NCBI GenBank assembly: GCA_034780895.1
Contig: JAUZTB010000107.1
Span: forward strand, 20,859,892-20,923,891
Length of the DNA: 64,000 nucleotides
From: Rhynchobatus australiae
Lineage: Eukaryota
Direction: 5' to 3'
Shown here: in pieces, positions 1-12,450 of the stretch
Position numbering within the stretch: position 1 is the first letter of the stretch
How the letters are laid out: every line of letters starts with the position of its first letter
The notes under the pieces: model-generated
What the model was told of the DNA's origin: nothing
What the model saw: the letters and a program-made list of their open reading frames with translations, nothing else
The model's database searches: none
Program-made: the position numbers and the translations under genes

Positions 1-521
1 AGCAGTGGATCTACGTCATTAGGAGTTTGAGAAGATTTGGTATATCACCAAAGACTCTTGCAAATTTCTACAGATGTACACTGGAGAGCATTCTGACTGG
101 TTGCATCACCGCCTGGTATGGAGGTTTCAATGCACAGGGTCAAAAGAGGCTGCAGAGAGTTGTAGACTCAGCCAGTTCCATGACGGGCACAACCCTCTCT
201 GCCATAGAAGATATCTTCAAGAGCCAGTACCTCAAGAAGGCAGCATCCATCATTAAGGACCCTCACCATCCAGGACATGCCCTCTTCACGTCACTACCAT
301 CGGGGAAGAGGTACAGGAGCCTGAAGACCTGCACTCAATGTTTCAGGAATAACTTCTTCCCCTCCGCCATCAGATTTCTGAACGGTCCATGAACACTATC
401 TTGTTATTCCTCTTCTGCACTATTTATTTTTGTAGCTTACAGTAATTTTTATGTCTTGCACTGTACTGCTGCCGCAAAACAAATTTCACAACAATGTCAG
501 CGATAATAAACCTGATTCTGA
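1..521 (+). mobile_element. Rex1/Babar-type LINE 3' fragment
   Basis: ORF FYRCTLESILTGCITAWYG...DPHHPGHALFTSLPSGKRYRS...FFPSAIRFLN, followed by a tail ending AATAAACCTGATTCTGA. Confidence 0.8.
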
Positions 522-3500
522 ATGTTAGTTAAAATACTTTACATTCACCACTGAATTGCTCACAAAACTCTGTTGGGTAGAGAAGCTCACTTCCACCCAG
601 TCATAAACATGGGCATCAATTTTATTCAGGTATTAGAAGTCAATTACTGACAGTTCAGAAATCAAATATACGACAGTTCAATCATGGTGCAGTAGTTCAG
701 CACTCAAATGATTAATAAAATACACTTTGTTGTAAAAGAAGTTACCAACATTATATCATTTATAAGCTGTGGGAGCAGGTCTTTCAATTTTTAGAAATTT
801 TAAACTGCCCAAGGTGTTGAGCAGTCCATAGCAATGCTGTGCAGTTAACTGCAAATGTTTAAGATTAAAAACCAACCAGCTTCCAACAAATTCTTTTGTT
901 TTGTTCTGTCTTTCATAGCCATGGGGCACCTCGGTTGATGGATAATTGGAGGTGGTGGGATTGGGGTGGCAGTTATACAGGCTCTGCAAGACCTCTAGAT
1001 GTCCTTCATATTCCAACAGGAACAGGATGTTGGTTATTGTGCCAGTGAACTTAGTTAATGACTGATCCATTTCTCTTAATACCTTTACCAAACAAATTCT
1101 ACCTTGTCTGCTAATCAAATTAATTGCATTTCTTCTGCTTCATATGGTTTCCTCAGTTCAGCATTAAAGTTTACCACCTATTCACCACATGACTGCCAAT
1201 ATTCAACATTATCACCTCAGCTTCAAAACTTTCCCTTTCAACTATCAAACAGTAAAACAGACAACTTATAATATTGTGATGGTTGCTGAAGTAAGCTCCT
1301 CCATGAAGATGATACTTTAACCAGTGACACCTGCTAAGTTTTCAATATTGTCTTTTAATATCTTCCTGGACAAGATGCATTTTCAAAACCCTAAAACAAG
1401 GCAAGAATTGGCCATCTCCACTGTTCCTCTGTCCACCTATTTAAACATGGCTTACCAAATGTCATTTCATTTAACTAATGTTTTTCATTTATATTTAGTT
1501 AGGCCCTCACATGCAGCACACTATTCCTCCAACAAGGGACTGGTTAGTAGGAATCTTGTTCCAGATTTGTGCTAGCAATCAAAAAATAAACATGTGGACA
1601 ATAACAATGCAGCTTTAAGTCATGCGGATTTTTGTGCTTTGGGCTCTACTCTACCTTCGTAATGGAATATTTAGGTAGCCAATATATACACAATATGTAT
1701 AGTCCATCACTAGGCACCGCCAGGCTGCTAAGAAATTTAAGCTTAGAATATCACAAATAGTAAAACAAAATACATTATTTTTCTTCCTTACTGGAATATA
1801 CTTCTAAGAGACCCTAAGGCAAAGTCTGGCACAGCCAAAGCTTGTGGACCCATGTTGCTGTCAGACAACTACTAAAACTTAGCCACATAAAATCAGAGAG
1901 CATATTAGCTGAATAAAACTAAACTTTCTACTGCTTATCCAGGAAGGTGAACCCTAACAGTCTGCATACTTGGCTGCAGCTTATTACAAAATGAATAAAG
2001 CTAGCAGTCTCATTAACCATTAGCACTCCTCTGTACAAATACACAGACACCTGACTCAAGTATTAAACTATACCTCTGCCAGGTCCCAAGTGTTCATATA
2101 TCATGTCGGAGTCGCTCTGAGCTTTAAGAGCCCCAACATCTCCTTTATCCTCGAGGCTGAATCACACAATCTAGTTAACTTGGAAGATGGCTTTACAGTT
2201 CAATAATTTCACCATTAAAATAAAAGCAATAACTCAGAAAATAGCTGATACAAATTGCTCAAACCTGTCCGAAGAGAAGCATTTTCCTTCAGCAGCTACC
2301 AGTACTTCTACTAAACAGATTCTCAAAACATATGGGCAGAACTGCTGATTATGAATGGGGAGTTTTAGATTCCAACAAATACAAATAGCATAAGTCAGGA
2401 AGACCAAAGGCAGGTATCAGTTTCAGCCACTGTTAATTTTTCTGTCAGTAACATTATTTCTAAAGACAGAATGTAAAACCATATCTGATGATCTTTAAAT
2501 TCCACTTACAGTAGCAAATGGGAGCTGAGTGAATTATTTGACTTCTATGTAGTTGATGGATTAAAAGAAAACTGAAAACAGTAGAATACCATATTGTCCA
2601 TGGACTGTTAGAACCTAGTTTCAATGATGTTTGAGTCAACATTATGAAAGCTTTCTCACTATGTTGAAAAGTACCTATATATAATTGATNNNNNNNNNNN
2701 NNNNNNNNNNNNNNNNNNNNNNNNNNNNNNNNNNNNNNNNNNNNNNNNNNNNNNNNNNNNNNNNNNNNNNNNNNNNNNNNNNNNNNNNNCTATATATAAT
2801 TGATTTTGAGTCCTTTCTTTCTATTTTCAGCTTGTACACTCCTACCAAGAATAGCCACTTATCATTTTCAGAGCAGACAAAGCTTATTAGGTGCAAAGCA
2901 ATGAGAATAATGTAAGTATATTGAGGGGTGTTTCTACAAGATTCTGGTTAAAACATTTTGGAAAAATATAAAATGCTTTACTCAACAGCTAACCACAGTG
3001 TACACAATAAAGAATTATTTAATCAACAATATTTACATTTTTAGCAAAATAATCTTACCTCTGTGAATAAGCTTTAAAAAGATGACAATTTTACTGAGAG
3101 TAGCAAAATATTCCAAATCTGTTTTGATTTACCATCATCAGCAACATTGCCGCACAATATTTCTAACCACTTAAAACATAAACAAATTTTAAATGTGATT
3201 GCAGGTAGTATTAACATTTTTAGCATTAAAAATGCTCGCAAATCAAAACAAAGTGCTGTCTGAGCATTAACAATTTGATAGCCTATGTTAACAATAATCT
3301 GCAGACACCAAATTTTGTTCCATGAGATTACTTATCCCAAGTTTGATTGAATTTACTATCATCATTCCTGTCTATACTATGTAGTTCCAAGCAATACCTC
3401 ACTTTGAGGACAAAGTCTGGCCCAGCATTATCACACAAAAACCTACAAGAGATTATGCCAGAAAACCTTTGGCTTTTAAAACCATTCAGTGTTAGTTACT

Positions 3501-4603
3501 GTCCTTAATTTTTACTAAATGAACTTTGTTTCCCTTTGTCATGATTAATTACAGATGATCAGTACTCAATTCTTCCAACAATACATAACAGCATATTCTG
3601 GGGAGGAAACTGAATTATAACCTATTCCCTATATCTAGCTATATCAAAAAAAAGTCATCTCAAAGCATCTCAATGTACCTTGAAGTGCAGTGACGATTGG
3701 TACATAGGTTATTATGCTAGGTGCTTTAACTAGTTTATCATCTAAATCCTCTAATTAGAATGCAAATGACATCATCCAGGAGTAAATTACAAAACCACAT
3801 TTTATGAAGTTTTGACAAATCCTCATCTACAGTTAAGAATGCTCTCAATTTTTTAGTTGAGGATAATTTCTGCATGTATGCATTCTTAATTATCCTGACA
3901 AAGTCCTCACTGACTGATTATTATTTATTATACCACCTCCCTTCATTGAAATGATTTCATCTTAATCAATAAGACCACTCTATCCCTCACCATTTTTCCT
4001 ATCTTTCATGTACACCTTACAAACTGGAATATTTAGATCCTACTCCTGAACACCAGGACAGCTATTGCTGATTACTTCAGTAANNNNNNNNNNNNNNNNN
4101 NNNNNNNNNNNNNNNNNNNNNNNNNNNNNNNNNNNNNNNNNNNNNNNNNNNNNNNNNNNNNNNNNNNNNNNNNNNNNNNNNNNTAATGTCTATCATATCA
4201 TAACAGTTCTATATATAGAGAATTTTTAATCTGATCTACACTGCAGGATTTGAAATCTCCTTCACAGTGAGTAAGATAATGTTACTATTCTTGCTCAAAT
4301 CATGCTAGGTTGCTCTTACACAATAACTAAAAAAATTGTACAGAGAAAACCAATTGGCAAATAAATGGCTTGCAACCCAAGGAACAAAGGAAACATTCGA
4401 AAGACAGTTGTCCAAAAATTTAAAAAAATCTTCAAGCATTTCAAAACTGTAAAACATTCTAAACTCAAAAATAAATTTAAGAATTCTTACACTATAAATT
4501 TCAAATGGAATAATAATATTTTAAAATGACAGACAAGAAACTATTTCCTTGTCCAAATTGGAATATTCAAATTTACGCTTTCACAGAAAATTTATTCACC
4601 CAC

Positions 4604-4850
4604 CTAAGAGTGCAGCAAAGATAACAAAGCGACTAGGATTCAGATCCAGTTGCTTGGCAACTTCATGCATCAGGTATTGGCTGGTAGTGAGGCTTTTGCC
4701 ATTCCGGCTCAGTTTAAGGGCATGGGCACTGAAATAGTACTGGATGTTACACAATGCATAATCCGAGTCATAAGCAAGCAGACCGTGGAAACCATTCTCT
4801 CTGCAGAAGGCTATCACTTCTTGATGGTGATCTTCAATGCTCTGTGCAAC
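4604..4850 (-). CDS. FAM120A: FAM120A coding exon 2 (247 nt)
   Basis: Acceptor TATTTTGCAG|GTT and donor TAG|GTGGGT. Encodes VAQSIEDHHQEVIAFCRENGFHGLLAYDSDYALCNIQYYFSAHALKLSRNGKSLTTSQYLMHEVAKQLDLNPSRFVIFAALL(G), which continues exon 1 in phase 0. Exon 3 was not found in 1-4603. Confidence 0.97.
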
Positions 4851-5499
4851 CTGCAAAATAATCAGGCATTTTATCTAAGCATCACCCAGAATTGACACGA
4901 AACCTAAGAAAATTACTTTTAAGAAGGTCATTTGATGTTTACATGTTTCTTGGTTATACTAGAAAATCATAATTTTTATGTAAGTTTCATATTAACCACA
5001 ACTATCTCAGAGATTCCATATGAACAACTTAAATTCAATTTCAACTTCTGTAATATTCAATAGGGTTGCTGTAAAGTAAAAATATCCATAAGCTTGTATG
5101 GGAAATTATTGTTAATACTTAATATTAATACGTCACTTAAGTATTTTTCCCCTCTACCTTAGGGCATCCACACCCTCAATTTTCTCTTCATTTCTCCTGG
5201 ATCATTAGGTTTCAGAAGATTCTTGTTCAAAACTGAAATAAATTACAGCTTCTGTAATAGTCACACAATGATTAATACAAACATCCATTTGATTTTGGGT
5301 TAGGATCAGCAGATTCTGAAGCAATTTGTTACAAATAGAGTACTCTTGGAATTTGTTCACAGTTAGGAGATCTAACATATCACAAGATCCCAAAATGGTA
5401 AAAGTGGTAATGATAGGACAAGTGATGCTGGTTAAACAATAATAAATGTCAGGATACCGTGACAAACCCCAATTTAACCCAAAATAGTGGCACTGGATA

Positions 5500-5650
5500 G
5501 AATACATCCACCCATGAGGTCAAAGGAGATCTCAGTTTTACGTCTCAGCTGGTAGCTCTAACACTGCAGCAATACCAGTTCACACTGCAATGCTAACCTA
5601 GATTTTGAGCTCAAGTTTCACAATCCCCTGAATCAGAGGAAGGAGCCATC
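5500..5650 (-). mobile_element. Decayed tRNA-derived (Deu-domain-like) SINE fragment
   Basis: Resembles SacSINE/AmnSINE-type sequence (CTCAGTTTTACGTCTC...CACTGCAGCA...CCTAGATTTTGAGCTCAAGT). Similar remnants lie at about 14790-15040, 42840-43020 and 52780-53130. Family assigned from memory. Confidence 0.4.
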
Positions 5651-5828
5651 CTCAATAATAATACATCCACTGCTTATAAAAGTTGTTGCCACATTAAGAG
5701 TTATTGTTGTTACAGTTGACACATATCTAAATGGTTAAAAACATTGAAATTACTTTAAACAGTTTACACAAGGCTCAATTTCTCCCCATTTCTAGTTTAT
5801 ACTTAAACACTTCCTAACAACGATTTGA

Positions 5829-5971
5829 CTATAACACTTTATTCTGCACTCTGTTATTGTTTTTCCTTGTACTACCTCAATGCACTGTTGTAATGAAATG
5901 ATCTGTATGGATGGCATGCAAAACAAAGTTTCTCACTGTACCTCGGTACAAGTGACAATAATAAACCAATT
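5829..5971 (+). mobile_element. Rex1/Babar LINE 3' UTR-only fragment
   Basis: Highly similar to the tail at about 30200-30335 and to the reverse complement of about 36320-36470. Confidence 0.75.
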
Positions 5972-6980
5972 CACCATATGGAAATATAAAGTTTATGATA
6001 TCTTATTTAATTTCTTTGCTATGGCCAAATGATGTAAACAAATTTCATATGTTGATCGCAGAGGCTGATTTTTCCATCCTTTCATTCATCAGTTTGTCCT
6101 TTACAAATGAGAGTTTTTGAAACTTGCTCAAATTTGCACTGAAGGCTATTCTACCACAAAAGGAACACAGAGCTTTACATAGCACACTAGCTCCTTATTC
6201 TTGAATGAGATTTGGCTAATTGAGATGCTGTTAACTCTGTGTCTTCTTTGATTGGCTCCCACTTATGACACTCAAATAATCCCGCCTCCTCCAAAATTCT
6301 AGTTAGTCACCACCATTCATGTTTTCCAAGAGGGTCTTCATGAGCTGCAGAATCTTATTTAAAAAGACATTCTAAACTGGCACAGGATGCAATGCTCAGC
6401 TTATGAACAATGGGTAGGTTTTTCTTCCAAGAAACCTCTCTGCCTGTACTCTAAATCATTTTTGAGTTGGGTCTCAAAGTCGAGAAAATGTAGCATTATT
6501 ACCTGCGGAACCCACATAGAATAGTATTTCCAAGTGTAATCACGATACTTAATCTAGAAATATAAAAAAAGGATAGAATTAGGTTATTCAGTCCTTTGGG
6601 CATGCTCCACCATTCAGTATGATCGTGGCCAACCACTTTAGTACCCTATTCCTTCTCCACACAACNNNNNNNNNNNNNNNNNNNNNNNNNNNNNNNNNNN
6701 NNNNNNNNNNNNNNNNNNNNNNNNNNNNNNNNNNNNNNNNNNNNNNNNNNNNNNNNNNNNNNNNNAGATTTTCCCCTTTGCGCCTTCTCTGCACTTACTG
6801 CTGTTCAAATTTGCGTCCATGTCTCATTTTTTCCAATTGTGACAAAAGATCATAACCCATAAGGATGACTACCGCCAGTTTTAATTATTGATAGCAATTC
6901 ATCAAAGCTTTACAAGATTCTTTTTATTTTAAACAAAATCTCAAGATTCTAAAAAGAGATTAAACAATCATTTTGAACTA

Positions 6981-7286
6981 CAGGCAGTCCCCAGGTTACA
7001 CAAGGGTTTTGTTCTTCAGAACTGTCTGTCAGCTGATTTTTCTGTAAGTCAGAAAGGACCGTTTTCTATAGCTACCCACATCATAAAGTTCTGTATATAC
7101 TTCCTATAATTCTTTCATTTCATCAAATATTCACCCAAACACTACCCATAATTAGACTAATGGAATTTACACTGTGTCCAGTTGTGAATGAATACCACAA
7201 AACATTTTATTATTAGTGCTATCTTGAAAAATTTGTTAAAAATTTACGGAAGAATTTGCACAAAGTCATAACCCGGTGAGTCCCTG
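6981..7286. mobile_element. Old Tigger/pogo-like MITE
   Basis: TA|CAGGCAGTCCCCAGGTTAC ... ATAACCCGGTGAGTCCCTG|TA: imperfect terminal inverted repeats flanked by TA. Confidence 0.7.
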
Positions 7287-7824
7287 TATCTAGTTTAATT
7301 TTCTCTTTCCAACAATATGGTCATTCAGCTATTAAACCTGAATTACAAAAATGACTTGCTCCAAAAACCCAGAGCATGCTTAAATTCATGTCCAATAATA
7401 CCATTTGTCATTGTACTGCTCAACAGGAGTCTACAATGGTATTATTGCTAGATATCTAGAATCATCTAAAGTAGTAGTTTTCACCAGCATGTATAATTAG
7501 CATGGAGATATGACCTAAAATTGGGATTAAATAGATGGAGCAATAGAACTAACAAAATTGCAAAATAGGACATAGTGGAGTAAAAATTATAAGTCAATAT
7601 CTGCTTCAACAAATAGCCATCAACTACTTATTTCCTCAAAGCCACTTCTGAAGCTCTCCATCCTCAATTTGCACATACCATCACCATCAGTCCTAAAGTG
7701 GCTAATAATGAAGCTGTGAAATTCTGTCCTTTGAAAGCACTGATGTAAATGAGGAGAGCATTTTAAACTTGAATAACTGGTGAATTCAGATCTTCACTGG
7801 TTTTATTAGCAATAAAATTTAGGA

Positions 7825-8195
7825 CACGGTTACTGAACTAACAATCCAAACACCCAGATCAACAATCCATAAATCAGAGTTCAAATCCCACCATGGCAAT
7901 TGTGGAATTTAAATTTAGTTAATAATCTTGAATTTAGAAAAAAGTCATTCATAATTATATACCAAATTTGCAAATTATTGTTAAAATCCATCTGATTCAC
8001 TAAAATGGCTGAGAAGAGGAATTTTGCCACTTTTATTTGGCTTATTCTTCAAATTATACCAGATTTACCAATGTGGTGGACTTTTAAATGGCCAAACCAC
8101 TTAGATGGACCAGTACTAGTAATAAGCATAATTATGGATAGACTATAAATGCCAGCCTTTTGCCTCTGACACTAAGATTCCAAAACAGGAACTTA
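7825..8195 (+). mobile_element. tRNA-headed SINE-like element
   Basis: B-box-like GAGTTCAAATCCC at about 7877-7889. The 3' part TAAATGCCAGCCTT resembles the LINE tail at about 10700-10740 (minus strand), and the 5' part resembles 62040-62300. Confidence 0.55.
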
Positions 8196-9640
8196 AAAAA
8201 AAACAATTTTATGTGATGAATTACAAACAGCTCCAAAGAGGCACTGAATGGATTAAGTTGTGACTTCAACTCTCTCAGCCCCGCACCATCATCATGGTAT
8301 AAATGCTATAAATGTTGATCATCCATGGCTATAAATATGTTAATTGAGGTTAGTCAATCCAGGAAGGGGTTTTAGTAAGAGATAACACACTTTCTTAAAT
8401 CTTTGAGAAATACACGTGATCTATGGGTGTAACCAAAACTTCCATGACCTGAAAATGGTACTTGCATGTGTTTGCACAAAGTGGTGCCTCAATAACTCAA
8501 AAGGAAATCTGAACAAACATTTGGAGAAACTAGATCTGAAATGAACTATTAACCAATGTTATTATTCCAATCACATTAANNNNNNNNNNNNNNNNNNNNN
8601 NNNNNNNNNNNNNNNNNNNNNNNNNNNNNNNNNNNNNNNNNNNNNAACCACCTTAAGGAAGGTAACTTCTAATCTGCATATTCAACTGGAACTTCAGTAA
8701 TCTTCAGTAAAGGTAAAGGTTTTGACATACTTAACTAGTGAATTGAAGTTCACACTCCTAATTTCTAAAATTGAAGTTTCAGCAAAATTTTAAAGTATGC
8801 ATGAATTAAAACATAACCATATATTCTTCTACCATACAATTTTCATACATCTGAAATTGCAGACAACACTATCAACAGTACTCAGATGTAAGGCACCAAA
8901 GAATTACCTCAGGGAAGCACATTTCCTGCTGCATGCCAGCTACTAAAATTATGTTATCAGTGTCATTCCTATTGGCTCAATAGTTCACAGAACCTTAAAA
9001 TCCTCAGCAGTTAAATTAACAGAGCAAAACCAACTAGTACTACAATAGAAACAATCATACATTATATCAGTGATTATAAACTAGTCTGAGTTTAATGAAT
9101 GCACTCAATCTGTTGTGATATGAAGCAGGGATAAGGATCTGTTTTAAAAAAAAGTGAATTCCCAAAACCAGAACCAACAGCCAGAAGCTGTAAAGAAACA
9201 GAAACAAACAGAAACTAAGATTACGGAAACTGAAATTAAAAAGCACGGAAGACCAGGCATCATATTAAGGAACAAAAAGAGACAAATAAACAATAAAGAA
9301 CTGACCAACAAGCACTACCATATATTATCAAAATACTAAATATTGAACTGCATTTAAGTAGCATCTTTAATTAATAAAATATCCCATGTTTTTACAAAGG
9401 AGAAGGTACTGCAGATTTTGGGAGATGGAAATTGCAGGGATGATAAGCATATTTATGAGAACAGTGAATCTAAACAACTTTTATTTACGTAGTAAATTTT
9501 AATATCTGAAAAAATGCTAAATAATTCTGAGATGGAAACGATTATAAATGGATGCTAAATCAAGAAGGAGAAATTAAGAACAACACAAGCTTCCAAACGA
9601 AATCAGTGGAGGGAGGGTGTAGCTTGAGGGGGGTGGGGGG

Positions 9641-9649
9641 TAGAGAGAA

Positions 9650-9682
<33 letters not shown>

Positions 9683-9720
9683 GAAAGCAAGAGAGACAGA
9701 GCAAGAGAGTGAGAAAGGTA
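9641..9720 (+). repeat. GA/GACA-rich simple repeat
   Basis: AGAGAGAAAGAGAGAGAGAGAGAGACAGACAGACAGACAGAG... Confidence 0.85.
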
Positions 9721-10679
9721 AGAAAGGTTCAGGAAATTTTATTTTTAAGACCTAGGTAGGTGAAACAGTTAGCAACAGTAAAGGAGAATATAAAGTTGTA
9801 TGAGGACAAAGGTAATGGAGATCTCTAGTTGGAAGTTCAAACACAAGAAAAGAGTAATTCCATTTCATAAAACAATATTACTCCCACTACTACTGCTTTC
9901 TGTCCCTCTTATTTCTTGATTAAGGCATTTCATTTGAAGTGTTCAATTCAGTAGGACATCTCCAGAATTTAAAAAAATTTAGAAGATCACATGTAAAACT
10001 CCACCTTCTCTGCGGTCACTTCTGGCAAGATCCCAGGGTGCAGGTCATCAAGTGCAGAGTAGCTGCCAGCCTTTAGTCTAGTACTTTTTCTCATGATGTG
10101 ATTATTTTAAGTTCCTCTCTTCCCTTTGCTTCCTAATTTTCTACCATTATTGAAATGGCTTAGTACCTTTATCTCTGAAGTCTGTCATTTTCTTATTTCC
10201 TATTATTAATTCCCTAGTCTTATCCTCTTAAAGAAACAATGCATCCTCTCCCTTTCTTAAATACTTGCAATACTTGCTAGTTTANNNNNNNNNNNNNNNC
10301 TCTTGAGTACAACTGTCTTTTGATTTGTATTCTGTCCTACAGTATAGTTAGACTTAGCCAGAATGACCTGATTTTTAAATGTTTTAAAATTAGCCAAGTT
10401 TACAGGTTTTTAATGTATTCAAAAACCTTAAAACATTAAACCATCAATTGCATTTTAAACATTTAAATATCTTTGAAAAATCTACAACCTTTCTAATGGT
10501 TTGCTGATTTAGAAATTCTTAGGAAGTTTTAAGAATATTTTTAAACTTGTAAACTATCTGAATGACATTTGTAGTTCTTTTGAAGTCATATCTCATTAAA
10601 ATCAAAGAAAAGTACACTTTGCATCTTCTATGGACCATGCGTAAAATTATCTGGCAAATTCGTAATTTAAATGTTGAGA

Positions 10680-12450
10680 TTACTCTTTCTTCATTTCGGG
10701 AACTGGGTATCACTGACAAGGTCAGCATTTATTGCCCACCATTAACTGTCACTTTCTTGAACTGCTGCCGTCCCTCTGATAAAAGTACCCCAACTGAACT
10801 TTTGGGTAGGAAGTTCCATTAACTAGATCTAACAAGGATGAAGGTCCAGCAATATATTTCAAAGTCAGAACTGTGAACAACAAGGAGTGGTTCCCATACA
10901 CCCACTCTGCTTGCCCTCCTTAGTGGTAGAGAATACTGGCTTGCAAGGTGCTTTTGGAGTGGTCTATGTGAGAACCTGCATTGCATTTTGTGGATAGTAA
11001 TTACTGCAGCCACCATGTGCTGGCGGTGGAGAGAATGAATGTTTAGTGCACTTGATAGGGTGCCAATCAAGGATGGTACTTTGTTCTGTCTGGTGTCAAA
11101 CTTCTTGCGAGTTGTTGCACTCATTCAGGCACAACATACTACCAACTTGTGCCTTATAGTTGGTGGAAAGGCCCTGGAGGGTCAGAAGGCAAGTCACCCA
11201 TCACAAGATATCCACAGCCTCTAACGAGTTCTTGTAGTCAAGGTGATTGGTCCAATTGAGTTTCTGGTCAAAGGTAACACCCAGGATACTGAGGTTTAGA
11301 GGTTCAGCAATGGCAATGCCGTTGAATGTCAAGAGTAAGTGGTTAGACTCTCATCTGAGATGGTCGCTGCTCAGCACTTCTGTAGCAAGAATGCAACTTG
11401 CCAATTATTACCCTTACCTGAATGTTATCTAGGTCTTGTTCCACTGCGTCAATGGAATTGAACATTGTGCAATCATCAGCAAGCTTCCCTCTTTCTGATC
11501 TTAAACTGGAAGGAACATTATTGAAACATGTAAGGATTGTTGTGCAGAGGACACTGTTCTGAGGAATTCCTGCAGTATAATACCTGGCAACGGGATGATT
11601 GCCATCCATCTTCTTTTGAGTGATGTACAACTCCAACCACAGGAATATTTTCCCTTTGATGTCCTCCAAATTTGGCTTCACCAGTGCAGCTTGATGCCAC
11701 ACTTGATCAAATGGTCCCTAGGTGCGTCAGTCTACCTCACTTCTGGAACTCAGCTCTTTAGTTGATGTTTGGCCCAAGGCTGAAATAGAGTCTGGAGCCA
11801 AGTAGGCCTGGTACATTGGAATCTGGGCATTGGCAAGCAGGTTATTGGAGAATGCATGCTGCTTGACAATACTGTCTGCAACAGCTTCCATTACTCTGGC
11901 AATGACTGAGAAAAGATGGATTAGGTGGTAATTAGTGGATCAAATTTGTCTTGTGTGTTAACATGAAATACATGGGCAATTTTCCACATTTTCAGGTAGA
12001 TGCCACTGATGCTACTGTACTAGAACAGCTTGGTTTGAGGAATAGCTCTGGAGCACATCAGTACTATAGCTAGGGTGAATCAAATTCGCTCTAAACCATC
12101 TTCTGTGTTGGTGGAGATCTCAGGAGGAAGCAGAGATGGATCATCAGCTCAGAACTCCTAGCTGAACATGGTTGAAAATGCTTCTGCCATTTCTTTAGTA
12201 CTCACATTCAGCGCCCTGCCCCATTAACTGTTTAACTGTCCACCACCATTCACAACTCTATGCGGTAGAACTGCAAAGATTCAATCTGATCAATTGGCTG
12301 TGAGATTATATAGCACTGTCTGTCACATGCTGCTCTTTCTGTTTTTGACCCATGCAGTTCTATAATCACAGCTTCATTTGGCACCTCATCATCTTTAGGT
12401 AGAGCTGGTGCTGCTCCCAGCAAGTCCTTCTGCACTCCTCACTGAACCAG
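10680..12450 (-). mobile_element. Ancient CR1/L2-group LINE remnant (RT and 3' end)
   Basis: Degenerate RT motifs TAGIPQNSVL (GVPQGSVL) and LADDCTMF (FADD) in ORF 11343-11702, with many stops and frameshifts. Confidence 0.75.

Noticed and set aside
756-1575. ORFs 756-1118 and 1324-1575 as FAM120A exons or novel genes
   Set aside because: No similarity to the expected exon 3 (NHILPDEDL...). At most a very old LINE remnant that I cannot support.
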